A stretch of 61,967 nucleotides of DNA, filler included. It is 6 parts of 6 records of this genome, joined end to end, with 100 filler letters (N's around TTAATTAATTAA, not from the genome) between each part and the next. Parts side by side here need not be neighbours in the genome. Positions count along the whole stretch, not along the records: positions 1 to 11,010 come from SRR22947725_4607; positions 11,111 to 32,720 come from SRR22947725_4610; 4 more parts are not named here. One strand, 5' to 3'. Made by a program: the position numbers and the translations under genes. The notes beneath the pieces are model-generated. The model made no database searches. It was not told the origin of the DNA and was given only the letters and a program-made list of their open reading frames with translations. Below, one piece after another: positions 10,551 to 20,870 of the stretch (the stretch's first letter is position 1; every line of letters begins with the position of its first letter).

Positions 10551-10985
10551 TTAATCATCAAAAACTTGGGCTTTAACTTCTTTTTGTACAAGATCTGTAA
10601 ATTTTCCTTTATATCGAGTAGCTCTCACAAGATGATTATCTATCCAATGATAGTTACCTCCTCTGGGCTTACCCATCAAAAGAGAATGATATTTAAAACC
10701 ATGTTTTGCTAACCAATTTTCAGTTACTAACCTATGTTCTTCTACTCTTGATGTAAAAAAACAAATCATATGGCCATCATCAAACCATTTATTACAAGTA
10801 TTTAAGGCATCTTCAAATGGTAAGCAAGTTGACATTCTTTCAGGTTCTTCGTTAGGAACATCATCTGTGATAGTACCATCAATATCTATTAAATAATTCT
10901 TAACTCCACTAGGAAGTATTGGACTAACTTTCTCTCCAGATTCCACTTTATCATGAAGCATTTTATCAATCTCTTCTCTTTTCAT
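10551..10985 (-). CDS. Small HAD-superfamily phosphatase-like protein (LNS2-like)
   Basis: DIDGT motif I, FTSR motif II and MGKP...WIDN. Confidence 0.8.
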   Translation of the reverse strand: MKREEIDKMLHDKVESGEKVSPILPSGVKNYLIDIDGTITDDVPNEEPERMSTCLPFEDALNTCNKWFDDGHMICFFTSRVEEHRLVTENWLAKHGFKYHSLLMGKPRGGNYHWIDNHLVRATRYKGKFTDLVQKEVKAQVFDD

Positions 10986-11010
10986 TAATTTTTATTATTA
11001 TTATTATTAT

Positions 11011-11110
11011 NNNNNNNNNNNNNNNNNNNNNNNNNNNNNNNNNNNNNNNNNNNNTTAATTAATTAANNNNNNNNNNNNNNNNNNNNNNNNNNNNNNNNNN
11101 NNNNNNNNNN
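11011..11110. other. Artificial contig linker N44-TTAATTAATTAA-N44
   Basis: 100-bp spacer with stops in all six frames; organism signal changes across it. Confidence 0.98.
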
Positions 11111-11394
11111 GATATAAAATAAAATCTGATAAAAGTTCCGAAAACGAGAGTCATGAGAACAAGCAAAATAACAAACAGCTCGTTTCTGCTTAGATTATAG
11201 ATACCTTCGTCAATGAAGAGCTTTATTCCTTGACCAAGCAAGAGGAAGGACAGAGAAGTGATGATGAGAGCAATAAAAGCAACAAATGCAATTTTTTTAT
11301 AAGGCTTTATAAAAGAAGACAGCTGCAGAAGAATTCGTAAGTCTTGCTTTTGAGTCTGATCTGAGTTCTCTATTTTTTTAGCAGTTAAGCCCAT
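11111..11394 (-). CDS. ABC exporter transmembrane domain (MsbA-like), truncated by contig end
   Basis: Pattern FIKPYK...LLGQGIKLFIDEG...GTFIRFY of the ABC membrane N-terminus; runs into the N gap. Confidence 0.75.
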
Positions 11395-11420
11395 AATTAA
11401 GAATAGGATTTATTAACTTT

Positions 11421-12395
11421 TTACTCTTGACTTGGCTTTCTCAGAAGGAGCTCAGTAACTGCCTCTTTAGGGGTTGTCTTTCCTTCTGTAACGAGAAGAA
11501 CTTGTTCACAAATAGGCATCTCAATTTGATTACTTCTAGCTACCTTTAGGACAAGTTTAAGTGCTTTAAACCCTTCAACAGTGGCATTAATGTTTTTGAG
11601 TGCATCATCTGTAGAAATGTTGTTAGCGAGTTCTTTTCCAAATCGTCGGTTTCTGGACAAGTCATCTGAGCAGGTAAGGACTAGATCACCAAGACCTGAT
11701 AGCCCTTGAAAGGTGACTTTATCTGCTCCCAATGCAACGCCCAGTCTCGTCATTTCAGCTAGGCCTCTTGTAATCAATGCAGCTTGCGTGTTAGCACCGA
11801 AACCAAGCCCACTAGCAATCCCTGCTGCAATTGCCAAAATGTTCTTAACTGACCCACCAACCTGAACACCCACAATATCTGAATTTGTATAGGCGCGAAG
11901 GGTTTCTGTTTGAATAATATCTGACCAATAATCCCTTGTTTTTTTATCTTTCGAGGCAACAACGATTGCTGCTGGCTTTTCTTCAACAATTTCAGCGGCA
12001 AAAGTTGGTCCTGAGATAACGCATGGATGATGTCCTGTCAAATAGTGATTAAAGGTTTCGTGAAGCAGATTTGCCGTTTCAGGATCAAAGCCTTTAGTGA
12101 CCCAGGCTATCGGTATATCATTTACGTTATCTTTAATATTCTTAAGAACACTACCAAATGCAGAGCTGGGTGTTGCAATTAGAACAGCCTTTGAGTGATT
12201 AATGACCTCGTAGCTATAGTCAATAAAAATGTTTTGATTGTATGGCTTTGATAGGGCTGAATGTTGTTTACCTAGTAGATCGCTACTGGCTTTATCTTTC
12301 GTCAATAGAAATATTTTATCAAATTTATGACTTAGAGCGATAGCAAGAGCGCTTCCCCATGCGCCTGCTCCAATAATAGTGAGGGAATTGTTCAT
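11421..12395 (-). CDS. gpsA: NAD(P)H-dependent glycerol-3-phosphate dehydrogenase
   Basis: GAGAWG, SGPTFA, KNILAIAAG and GLGDLVLTC...SRNRRFG. Confidence 0.97.
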   Translation of the reverse strand: MNNSLTIIGAGAWGSALAIALSHKFDKIFLLTKDKASSDLLGKQHSALSKPYNQNIFIDYSYEVINHSKAVLIATPSSAFGSVLKNIKDNVNDIPIAWVTKGFDPETANLLHETFNHYLTGHHPCVISGPTFAAEIVEEKPAAIVVASKDKKTRDYWSDIIQTETLRAYTNSDIVGVQVGGSVKNILAIAAGIASGLGFGANTQAALITRGLAEMTRLGVALGADKVTFQGLSGLGDLVLTCSDDLSRNRRFGKELANNISTDDALKNINATVEGFKALKLVLKVARSNQIEMPICEQVLLVTEGKTTPKEAVTELLLRKPSQE

Positions 12396-12400
12396 TGTGA

Positions 12401-12814
12401 TTACTTGTCGATGGGAAGCTCAGCCTTAAGCCATGAATTAAAGCCACCTTTAAGACTGTACACTTTCTGAAAGTCACTTTTGGAGAGAAGGTCTGCAATA
12501 CGATCAGATCGGGTTCCACTCTTACAATAGACAAGAATATTTTTTGACTTTTCAAGAGAATCAACTTTCCCTTTAACCTGTCCCATAGGAATATTAATAT
12601 CATTTGAAATAAATCCAGCATTACGCTCTTTTTCTTCTCTGACATCTAAAATAACGAGCTCATCATCATCCATTAAAGAAACAGCTCCATTAGTATCAAC
12701 TACCTCATACTTTCTAAATTTCTCACTATAAAAATTTACTATGAGTAATATAATGAGTGCAAATAAAGTTCCTGTGAGTAATAACTCACTCTGTAAAAAT
12801 TGAATAAATTCCAT
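12401..12814 (-). CDS. Membrane-anchored rhodanese-like protein (YibN-like)
   Basis: N-terminal TM helix, LDVRE, YCKSGTRS active loop and LKGGFNSW. Confidence 0.88.
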   Translation of the reverse strand: MEFIQFLQSELLLTGTLFALIILLIVNFYSEKFRKYEVVDTNGAVSLMDDDELVILDVREEKERNAGFISNDINIPMGQVKGKVDSLEKSKNILVYCKSGTRSDRIADLLSKSDFQKVYSLKGGFNSWLKAELPIDK

Positions 12815-12816
12815 TG

Positions 12817-13401
12817 TTATTGATTGTCCTGTAAAAAAGTATTAAGCATTTGGTGTCCATGTTCAGTGAGAATTGACTCAGGATGAAATTGAACCCCTTC
12901 AATTGGATAGCTGGTATGTCTAACCCCCATTATTTCCTCGATTTCGCCAGATTCTTTATTAGTCCATGCGGTTACCTCAAAGCAATCTGGTAAAGACTCT
13001 TTTTCAGCAACAAGGGAGTGATATCGAGTTGCATTGAGTGGATTTTTTAAACCTTTAAAGACGCTTTTTGAGGTGTGATGAACTGGCGAAACCTTTCCAT
13101 GCATAATTTTCTGGGCACCGATAATTTTTCCACCAAAGGATTGAACTATTGCTTGGAATCCTAAGCAAACTCCAAGTATTGGATATTTGCCAGCCAGCTT
13201 TTCAATTAATTCCAATGAAATTCCTGCTTCGTTAGGTGTACAAGGGCCTGGTGAAATAACAATATATTGTGGGTTTAATTTATGAATCTCACTCACTGAG
13301 ATTTGATCATTTCTGTGGACAACAACGTCTTGACCGAGTTCACCGAAATATTGAACTAAGTTGTAGGTAAATGAGTCGTAGTTGTCGATCATTAATAACA
13401 T
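12817..13401 (-). CDS. trpG: Anthranilate/aminodeoxychorismate synthase component II (glutamine amidotransferase)
   Basis: [20 protein letters not shown] and QFHPES; trpG and pabA cannot be told apart from sequence alone. Confidence 0.93.
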   Translation of the reverse strand: MLLMIDNYDSFTYNLVQYFGELGQDVVVHRNDQISVSEIHKLNPQYIVISPGPCTPNEAGISLELIEKLAGKYPILGVCLGFQAIVQSFGGKIIGAQKIMHGKVSPVHHTSKSVFKGLKNPLNATRYHSLVAEKESLPDCFEVTAWTNKESGEIEEIMGVRHTSYPIEGVQFHPESILTEHGHQMLNTFLQDNQ

Positions 13402-13435
13402 GGAGTACCGCGCTTTAAGGCTAAATTAACTTTAA

Positions 13436-14149
13436 TTATTTTACAGATAAAAAAGAAACAAAGTTAAGGCACTGAAAGAAGCAGCTAGTGTCTTTAAAAC
13501 CAGAATCTTTAAGGCGTTCAATATGTATTGCCTTTGTATCAGTGATAAGAACATTTTCAATAGCTTGTCGTTTATTGGCAATTTCTAATTCACTGTACCC
13601 ATTCTCTTTTTTAAAATCAATATGAAGATTTGTAATTTGATCTTGAGTTTCTTTATCCTCAAAATGAATTTTTTCACTTATGATTAGCACCCCACCAGGG
13701 TTTAATCCCTCATAAATTTTCTTGATTAGATTAGAGCGATCCTTAACATCAATAAACTGAAGTGTTAAGTTTAAAACGACTATTGACGCATTTTCTATAT
13801 GAATTTGGTTAATGTCTGCACAGGTTGCTTGTAAATTATCAATTTTACTTTCTAGGTTCTGTTTACATTTACTGACCATCTCTTCTGAGTTATCGATCGC
13901 AAAAAATGTATTTTTTTGATGCTTATTATTTAGAGCTATTGCCAGTGAAATAGCGCCTGTAGATGATCCTAGATCGTAATAATTTGTATTATCTTGACCA
14001 TACATTCTAGCAATAAGGCCAATCATTTGAATCATCGAATCATAGCCAGGAACTGACCTTCTGACCATATCATCAAAAACCTCAACAACCTCTTTATCAA
14101 AACGAAAATCAGCAATATCGATATTAGTGTTAAATAAATTATCACGCAT
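13436..14149 (-). CDS. cmoA: Carboxy-S-adenosyl-L-methionine synthase
   Basis: FDDMVRRSVPGY, YDLGSSTG, TLQF and GYSELEIANKR. Confidence 0.93.
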   Translation of the reverse strand: MRDNLFNTNIDIADFRFDKEVVEVFDDMVRRSVPGYDSMIQMIGLIARMYGQDNTNYYDLGSSTGAISLAIALNNKHQKNTFFAIDNSEEMVSKCKQNLESKIDNLQATCADINQIHIENASIVVLNLTLQFIDVKDRSNLIKKIYEGLNPGGVLIISEKIHFEDKETQDQITNLHIDFKKENGYSELEIANKRQAIENVLITDTKAIHIERLKDSGFKDTSCFFQCLNFVSFLSVK

Positions 14150-14618
14150 ATAATGACTCCAAAAAAATCTCTGTTACAAGTAAATTTGTTTTGCTAATTG
14201 TAAACGTTGAGCGCCTGGCCCATGAATTATTAAAACTTCCAACCTCAAGATGACCACGTTTAATTTCTGGATCATTAAATAAAATTTCCCCTAGTGGCCT
14301 AGAGCCAATTTTTAAAATATCTTTCGTATCATCTGTTAAAGGAATAAGAGAGCGTGCATTTACAACTGGTGTTTCAGATCCTATGAGTTCAACCTCTCTC
14401 ACAATAATTTTTAGATTAGTTGTTGAACCCAGAAGCTTTAATTCACATTCATATGGGCTATTTTGCTCTTGTGAAAGAACGTTTACTCTAAAGTCATTGT
14501 ACTTTTCTTTTAATTTATGCGTTAAGGATTGATTATCTAACAACCATCTGCTGACATGTTCAGGTATATTTTCTTTAGGGTCATAAACCCGCCATTTAAA
14601 TTTGTCTGGATTAAACAT
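14142..14618 (-). CDS. ubiC: Chorismate pyruvate-lyase
   Basis: WLLDNQSLT, REVEL, ARS, IGSRPLGEILF, ARRS and LLVTEIFL. Confidence 0.9.
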   Translation of the reverse strand: MFNPDKFKWRVYDPKENIPEHVSRWLLDNQSLTHKLKEKYNDFRVNVLSQEQNSPYECELKLLGSTTNLKIIVREVELIGSETPVVNARSLIPLTDDTKDILKIGSRPLGEILFNDPEIKRGHLEVGSFNNSWARRSTFTISKTNLLVTEIFLESLYA

Positions 14619-14668
14619 ATGGTAGATATTTTACAAGAGTCTTATATTTTATAAAATTCTAAAATTAT

Positions 14669-16735
14669 TTAAGCATCAAAATAGTGTGTTTTTTCTTCAT
14701 CAATCCATCGATTGATAAGTGCGCTTTGGTTTTGTTCGCTCGCCTCCAGCATTTTGGCAGAATAGTACCTAGCCTCTTTCAAAAGGTAGGCATCCCTAAC
14801 TATATTAGCAATCTTCATTGATGCTATACCAGTTTGTTGAGTTCCAAGAATCTCCCCAGGACCACGAAGCTCAAGATCTTTTTGAGCAATCATAAAGCCA
14901 TCATTACTTTGACGCAGAACTTCGAGTCTCTGTTTAGCACTTTCACTCAGTGGCGATTGATACATCAAAATACATATACTCTTCTCTGAGCCCCTTCCAA
15001 CACGACCCCTAAGTTGATGCAGCTGAGCTAGACCAAGACGCTCTGAATTTTCAACAATCATTAGGCTTGCATTAGGAACGTTAACGCCAACTTCAATCAC
15101 AGTGGTAGCTACAAGCAGATTTATTTCTCCTTGTTCAAAGTCTTTCATTATGACTTCTTTTTCTGATTTAGTTAATCTGCCATGAATCATAACAACTTTT
15201 AATTCTTGAAGATTTGAGGATAGGTAGTCAAATGTTTTTTCTGCAGATTCTGCCCTAAGAGCCTCTGATTCTTCTATTAGCGTGCAGACCCAGTAGATTT
15301 GACGGCCATCATCTGATATTTTTCTAATTTTTTCAATGAGCTCATCTCTTCTAGAGTTACTTAAGGCAACTGTCTCCACTAATTGACGACCTGGAGGTAA
15401 CTCATCTATAACTGATGTATCTAGGTCAGCATAAGCACTCATTGTGAGTGACCTTGGGATAGGGGTTGCAGTCATAACAAGTTGATGTGGTGTTTTGTTG
15501 GCTTTTTGAGAAAGCGAAAGCCTTTGATGAACGCCAAATTTATGTTGCTCATCAATAATGACTAAAGATAAATTTTTAAAATTGACACTTTCTTGAAATA
15601 AAGCATGAGTGCCGATAATAACTTTTGCTTTGCCACTTTCAATCAGCTCGAGTTGCTCTCTTCTTTCCTGGGTATTTTGAGAGCCAGAAAGAAATGCAAT
15701 TTGAATACTTAAAGGATTCAAGTATTCAGTAAAATTTTGAAGATGTTGACGAGCTAGGATTTCAGTTGGGGCCATCACTGCAGTCTGGAAATTATTTTCA
15801 ACAGCTTGAATCAGGCTAAAAACTGCAACAATCGTTTTACCTGACCCTACATCTCCCTGAAGGAGTCTAAGCATAGGCTCAGTATTTGATAGATCTTCAT
15901 GAATTTCTCTGATGCAGCGGGATTGTGCCTCAGTTAAATCAAAATTAAGGGAAATTAAGAGGTTATTATGTAAATTATCTTTGATTTTAAATTTATTAGT
16001 TGTTTTGCTTTTTCTAGCTTTCTTAGTTTTTAATAGACTAAGCTGATGGGTTGCCAACTCTTCAATAATTAAGCGCTGCTGAGAGATATGTTTAAAGGCT
16101 TCAATCTGCATCAAGTTTTCATTTTTTTCAGGATGGTGAAGAAGAAATAGAGAATCCTTTAGGTTTGGCATTGACTGGTGAGTTATTGTTTCAAAATAAT
16201 CATCAAGCACACTCATTTTTAAAACTTCAAGGGATTGATTAACCCATTGCTTCATTTTATTTTGACTAACTCCTGAGCATAGAGGGTAAATTGGGGTGAG
16301 GGTTGGCTCTAAGAGAGGGGTTTGATTTTGTGAAACAATGCGATATTCTGGATGATGCATTTCTAGGCCTTGTCGGCCCATTTTGACTTCCCCAAAACAC
16401 TGTATAGTTTCCCCACGAACAAAGGCCTGTTTTTGATATTGGGTAAAATGAAAAAACCGTAAAAGTAATCTCTGGTTTTGATTATCAGACAGGTAGCAAA
16501 GAAGTTGTCTATTTCTAGAGGGAACAACCTCAATTCGATCAACATTTAGTTCAACTAATATCTCAGCATTTATGCTTGCATTTGAAAGAGGCGTGATTGA
16601 TGTCTTATCTTGATAACGGTTAGGGAGATGAAAAACTAAATGCTCTAGGGTGTGTATTCCTAATTGATTTAATCTGTCCGAAGTCTTCTTCCCTAACCCA
16701 CTAATCGAAATGATTGGATCAGAGAGTGAGGACAC
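14669..16735 (-). CDS. recG: ATP-dependent DNA helicase RecG
   Basis: QGDVGSGKT, DEQH, TATPIPR, QLRGRVGRG and DLELRGPGE; GTG start. Confidence 0.98.
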   Translation of the reverse strand: MSSLSDPIISISGLGKKTSDRLNQLGIHTLEHLVFHLPNRYQDKTSITPLSNASINAEILVELNVDRIEVVPSRNRQLLCYLSDNQNQRLLLRFFHFTQYQKQAFVRGETIQCFGEVKMGRQGLEMHHPEYRIVSQNQTPLLEPTLTPIYPLCSGVSQNKMKQWVNQSLEVLKMSVLDDYFETITHQSMPNLKDSLFLLHHPEKNENLMQIEAFKHISQQRLIIEELATHQLSLLKTKKARKSKTTNKFKIKDNLHNNLLISLNFDLTEAQSRCIREIHEDLSNTEPMLRLLQGDVGSGKTIVAVFSLIQAVENNFQTAVMAPTEILARQHLQNFTEYLNPLSIQIAFLSGSQNTQERREQLELIESGKAKVIIGTHALFQESVNFKNLSLVIIDEQHKFGVHQRLSLSQKANKTPHQLVMTATPIPRSLTMSAYADLDTSVIDELPPGRQLVETVALSNSRRDELIEKIRKISDDGRQIYWVCTLIEESEALRAESAEKTFDYLSSNLQELKVVMIHGRLTKSEKEVIMKDFEQGEINLLVATTVIEVGVNVPNASLMIVENSERLGLAQLHQLRGRVGRGSEKSICILMYQSPLSESAKQRLEVLRQSNDGFMIAQKDLELRGPGEILGTQQTGIASMKIANIVRDAYLLKEARYYSAKMLEASEQNQSALINRWIDEEKTHYFDA

Positions 16736-16739
16736 AAAT

Positions 16740-17147
16740 TTAGAAACTGTAGGAGTCTGAACTAGTTAACATAACGCCATCCATCTCAACACTTACACCT
16801 TTTGGAAGTTCGTTAACACCAATAGCAGCTCTTGCAGGATAAGGCTCTACGAAGTAGGATGACATTATTTCGTTTAAGGTCGCAAAATTATTTAAATCAG
16901 TTAAAAAAATGTTTAATTTAACGATATCACTTAGGCTTCCTTTTGATGCTTCACAAACAGCCGTAAGATTCTTAAATACTTGATGGATTTGAGCCTCAAT
17001 ACCCCCTTCAGCAACCTCCATTGTTTCTGGAACTAGCGGTATTTGTCCTGAAAGATAAATAGTTGTGCCACCTGTAACGGCAACTGCTTGTGAATATGTG
17101 CCTACAGCTGCAGGCGCTTTATCTGTTGAAATAATATGTTTTTTCAT
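16740..17147 (-). CDS. RidA/YjgF family enamine deaminase
   Basis: [16 protein letters not shown] and PYPARAA; ATG at 17147 preferred over TTG at 17156. Confidence 0.93.
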   Translation of the reverse strand: MKKHIISTDKAPAAVGTYSQAVAVTGGTTIYLSGQIPLVPETMEVAEGGIEAQIHQVFKNLTAVCEASKGSLSDIVKLNIFLTDLNNFATLNEIMSSYFVEPYPARAAIGVNELPKGVSVEMDGVMLTSSDSYSF

Positions 17148-17227
17148 GATGATCAATTATTGAAATAAATAAGTTTAATTATATTCTGGATCATAATTTT
17201 TTGGTGGCCTCTTTCAAAGCATTTCAT

Positions 17228-18403
17228 TTAATCCTTAATGCTATATTTAATAGTCCAAATAATCAGTATAGCAACAACTGAAATAGTGAAAGTTAATATG
17301 ATTGATACATCATAATTGTTATTTTTTTCAAAGAGCCATCCAGCAAAAGAGGGTGATATTAGACCTGCAGTACCCCATGCTGTAAATACTCTTCCATAAA
17401 CTGCTGCTGAAAGGTTGCTTCCTACAATGTGACTGACAAGTGTTGGATATATTGCAATGACTGCTCCATATAAAGATGCTATTAAAACTAATAGTATTAA
17501 TAATAGACTAATACTTGTCATTATTGAAAGAGCCAGTATAGCTCCAGTATTAATCAGAAGTATAGCAAGTAATGGGCGCTTACAGCCAAATCGATCGATT
17601 AACCAGCCTGCATAAATACCCGCAATCGCGCTTCCAAGAGTCATTAAGGTGATGGCTGTAATGGAAGTCGATGTTGAGCCCCCAAAAGAGCTTATCATTG
17701 GGACTGCATGCCCAATGATCATCAGGCCTGCGAATACTCCTAAAAAATAACCTAGCCAGAGTTTTAATATTTTGACTTCATTGAAGTCTTTTTGTTGACT
17801 CGTTGATGATTCTTTTATTATCTTCATTCTTGAAGTTGAAAACAATACTAAACCAATAAAAACAATGGATGAAAGAATCAACAATCCACAAATATATCCA
17901 TCCTTAAAACCTAAATGATCAAATAAGAAAGGGTATAGCATTGAAAAGATGACTGCTCCAAAAGCATATGAAGCAGTAACTAATCCTAATGCAAAACCCA
18001 ATTTCTTATTTTCAGTAACTGAGGAGACGATATATAAGGAAAGTCCATATCCTAAACCACTGGAGAAACCAAAGAAAATACCATATCCAATAATCCAGCC
18101 TATCCAGCTTTCTGAATTTGAAATCAATAGCCCAATGATTGGCAGGATTGCTATGAAAAATATGAGCACTTGAGGTGAAAATTTACTATAAAGAATATGA
18201 CCAACATATACAGCTAGTGTCACATTAATAAGGGCAGTTGAATAGACTAGACTAGAGGCCATTCGGCCAACATTTGTCTGCATTTCAATATTTTGTATGA
18301 GTGTACTGAAAGCATGGACAGTCCCCATACAAAAGGTAATTAAAAGGCAGGCAGCTAAGACGAGAAGTCTTTCATGATTATGGACAATTTTCTTGGAGTT
18401 CAT
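17228..18403 (-). CDS. MFS transporter (OFA/monocarboxylate-like)
   Basis: About 12 hydrophobic segments, GWLIDRFG motif A and YGRVFTAWGTAG. Confidence 0.85.
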   Translation of the reverse strand: MNSKKIVHNHERLLVLAACLLITFCMGTVHAFSTLIQNIEMQTNVGRMASSLVYSTALINVTLAVYVGHILYSKFSPQVLIFFIAILPIIGLLISNSESWIGWIIGYGIFFGFSSGLGYGLSLYIVSSVTENKKLGFALGLVTASYAFGAVIFSMLYPFLFDHLGFKDGYICGLLILSSIVFIGLVLFSTSRMKIIKESSTSQQKDFNEVKILKLWLGYFLGVFAGLMIIGHAVPMISSFGGSTSTSITAITLMTLGSAIAGIYAGWLIDRFGCKRPLLAILLINTGAILALSIMTSISLLLILLVLIASLYGAVIAIYPTLVSHIVGSNLSAAVYGRVFTAWGTAGLISPSFAGWLFEKNNNYDVSIILTFTISVVAILIIWTIKYSIKD

Positions 18404-18453
18404 TTAACAAACTATAACATTAAAGCAAATTACTCATTGCAAGAAAGCAAATG

Positions 18454-19359
18454 TTAGTGCGGCGTGATACCTCTTATTCTTTCTGATCGGCGACGAAGCA
18501 TCTCAAGTGTTGAAAGTAATAAAATAGAAAATATGACTAGAATAGTCGCTGCAGCAAGAATTGTAGGGCTGATTTCATTACGAATTCCAGACCACATTTG
18601 TCTCGGGAGCGTGTATTGATCTGGACCACCTACAAAGAGTACAATGACAACCTCATCAAAGGAAGTAATAAAGGCAAAGAGGGCGCCTGATATAACACCT
18701 GGTGCAATGAGTGGGGCTTGTATCTTGAAAAAATTTCGAAGTGGTGAGCCACCTAAATTAGAAGCTGCTCGCATTAGATTATTATCAAAACCGGCAAGTG
18801 AAGCTGTAACCGTTATTACTACGAAAGGTATGCCCAAGATCGTATGCGCAATAATCAGTCCTGGAAGCGTAGCAACGAGGTTTACTTTAGCAAAAAAGAA
18901 AAAAGTACCCGCAGCAGTAATGATTAGAGGAACAATCATTGGGGAGATCATGAGCGCCATGATTAAACGGTTAAAAGGCATATGTCGATTAGATAAACCA
19001 AGCGCTCCAAGTGTACCTAATACGCTTGCAAAAAAGGTAGCGAACACAGCAATGATAGCACTATTTTTAAAACCAATCATCCACCGATCTGTACATACCG
19101 TTGTTCCTGAGTTTGCAGTGCAAATGCCAAGCAGCTCCTTATACCATCGAGTGCCATAACCTTCAAAATTAAAAGACCAAGTGTCAAAACTAAAGATTTT
19201 CATTTCTGGCACAAATTGTAAAAAAACAGAATTCGTAAATGAGAGCGGAATGACAACAATGAGAGGCGCTACAAGGAAAAATAGAACCAACCCACAAAAT
19301 GTTCTATACGTATAGAACCAAAGTTTTTCTCGAGGCGTTATGTAAGAAGGAAATTTCAT
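18454..19359 (-). CDS. Polyamine/opine-type ABC transporter permease (PotC-like)
   Basis: SPMIVP, RAASNLGG (EAA loop) and FITSFDEV. Confidence 0.92.
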   Translation of the reverse strand: MKFPSYITPREKLWFYTYRTFCGLVLFFLVAPLIVVIPLSFTNSVFLQFVPEMKIFSFDTWSFNFEGYGTRWYKELLGICTANSGTTVCTDRWMIGFKNSAIIAVFATFFASVLGTLGALGLSNRHMPFNRLIMALMISPMIVPLIITAAGTFFFFAKVNLVATLPGLIIAHTILGIPFVVITVTASLAGFDNNLMRAASNLGGSPLRNFFKIQAPLIAPGVISGALFAFITSFDEVVIVLFVGGPDQYTLPRQMWSGIRNEISPTILAAATILVIFSILLLSTLEMLRRRSERIRGITPH

Positions 19360-19361
19360 AG

Positions 19362-20756
19362 TTAACCCATTTTTAAATTATCAATTCCAATTAGTCGATC
19401 ATAAGCCCAATATAGAATCAAAACTGCAGCAAGAAGAAGTGCTCCCATAGCAGCTGCAAGACCCCAATTCAGTGTTGTCTGCATTTCTCGGGCAACAAAG
19501 TTGCCTATCATCAGTCCGTCTTTTCCACCGACTAACTCTGGAGTTATATAGTAGCCAATCGCAACAATAAAGACTAATATGCATCCAGCACCAATACCTG
19601 GAACCGATTGAGGCATATAAACACGAATAAAAGCCCTGGTAGGGGTTGCCCCAAGGTTTTGAGCTGCCTTCATATAGCTTGGAGGGATTCCTCTCATCAC
19701 GCTATAAATTGGAAGAATCATAAATGGCAGAAGTACCTGCGTCATTACTATAATGGTGCCAGTAAAGTTATACATCATAGGAATTCGATCTTCATCACTA
19801 AAGCAAAGATCAATATTAGTTTCTCCAAAAAATGGTAGATTGACCATGCCCTCAAAGCATGGAAGGATAGTGATAAGCGTATCATTTACAACACCATTTT
19901 GCTGAAGCATAATCATCCAAGCAACAATTCTGACGAGTAGTGATGTCCAAAAAGGCATCAAAACACAAATCATCAGAAGATTTGATGTTCGCATTGGGAG
20001 TGTAGCTAGTAGATACGAAACTGGATAGGCAAGAAGTAAACAAAAAATGGTTACCATTAAGCTGACTTGAAGCGTTCTCATCCAAATCGTTTTATAAATC
20101 TTTAAATGCTCTTTCTTTTCGATAATATTTTTATTTGCATCGTATCTTAAGTCGACTGCATTAAGATAATATCCCATAGTATAAGGGTCTTTCATTGCAC
20201 CGAGTGACTGCCAGAATTCAACCTTACCCCAGCGTTTATCTCTCTTGATCATTTTTTCTTTGTAGGGCGCTTCCCATTTATAGGGCTTGATTTCTTCTTT
20301 GGATCTCTTGTCAACTTTTATAGCTTCTTTGACTGTCTTTAATAATAAGCTTCGCCAACCAGAAAATTCATAAGTCATCCGAGTGCCGGATTGACCCAGA
20401 AGATTCTTACCAATATTTTTTCCTTCACTGTTTTTTAATTTGTGAGTGATTCTGATGTCATTTATGACTGCAGCAAACATTTCTTCACTAGGAATTGTAG
20501 ATTTGTCTTCCCATAATTCATACTGAGCAAATGTTTGAGGTAGTACTTTATTTATGTTTATATCATCAATACTTCTTGATAGTAGGGATCCTATTGGCGT
20601 AACAAACATAATTAATAGGAATAGAAGAGGGGGTAATAGAAGAAGGAACGAGCGAATTTTAGAACGACGCAGGGACTTTCTTAAACTTTCTTTGAGGGGT
20701 ACACCATCATTCGTCAGTAACTGACCCTGAGAATCTATAGTGGAATTATCACTCAT
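19362..20756 (-). CDS. Polyamine/opine-type ABC transporter permease (PotB-like) with large periplasmic insertion
   Basis: LAYPVSY, PFWTSLLVR, LPFMILPIY, KAAQNLGA and NWGLAAA. Confidence 0.92.
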   Translation of the reverse strand: MSDNSTIDSQGQLLTNDGVPLKESLRKSLRRSKIRSFLLLLPPLLFLLIMFVTPIGSLLSRSIDDININKVLPQTFAQYELWEDKSTIPSEEMFAAVINDIRITHKLKNSEGKNIGKNLLGQSGTRMTYEFSGWRSLLLKTVKEAIKVDKRSKEEIKPYKWEAPYKEKMIKRDKRWGKVEFWQSLGAMKDPYTMGYYLNAVDLRYDANKNIIEKKEHLKIYKTIWMRTLQVSLMVTIFCLLLAYPVSYLLATLPMRTSNLLMICVLMPFWTSLLVRIVAWMIMLQQNGVVNDTLITILPCFEGMVNLPFFGETNIDLCFSDEDRIPMMYNFTGTIIVMTQVLLPFMILPIYSVMRGIPPSYMKAAQNLGATPTRAFIRVYMPQSVPGIGAGCILVFIVAIGYYITPELVGGKDGLMIGNFVAREMQTTLNWGLAAAMGALLLAAVLILYWAYDRLIGIDNLKMG

Positions 20757-20798
20757 ATAAACACCAATACGTACAAAATTTATAGTTAAGTTTTAAGA

Positions 20799-20829
20799 AA
20801 AACAGGCCAGTAAAAAACTGACCTGTTTT
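20799..20829 (-). terminator. Stem-loop between the solute-binding protein gene and the permease
   Basis: Minus strand AAAACAGGTCAGT-TTTTT-ACTGGCCTGTTTT; partial terminator or mRNA-stabilising hairpin, typical after ABC solute-binding protein genes. Confidence 0.7.
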
Positions 20830-20870
20830 CAACGAGATTAAATATATAAACTCGTATTCGGTTTAGCTAA

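Noticed and set aside
10992..11009. (TTA)6 microsatellite at the end of contig 1
   Set aside because: Low-complexity DNA in an AT-rich genome at a contig end; no evidence of phase variation.
11055..11066. Recurrent palindrome TTAATTAATTAA (five copies)
   Set aside because: Always centred in N runs; it is a synthetic six-frame stop linker, not a biological repeat. ORF-track C-termini ending in X...LIN are artefacts of it.
17201..17210. TGGTGGCC as a possible att duplicate of the tRNA-Leu(TAA) 3' end
   Set aside because: The match is too short and imperfect, and there is no integrase nearby.
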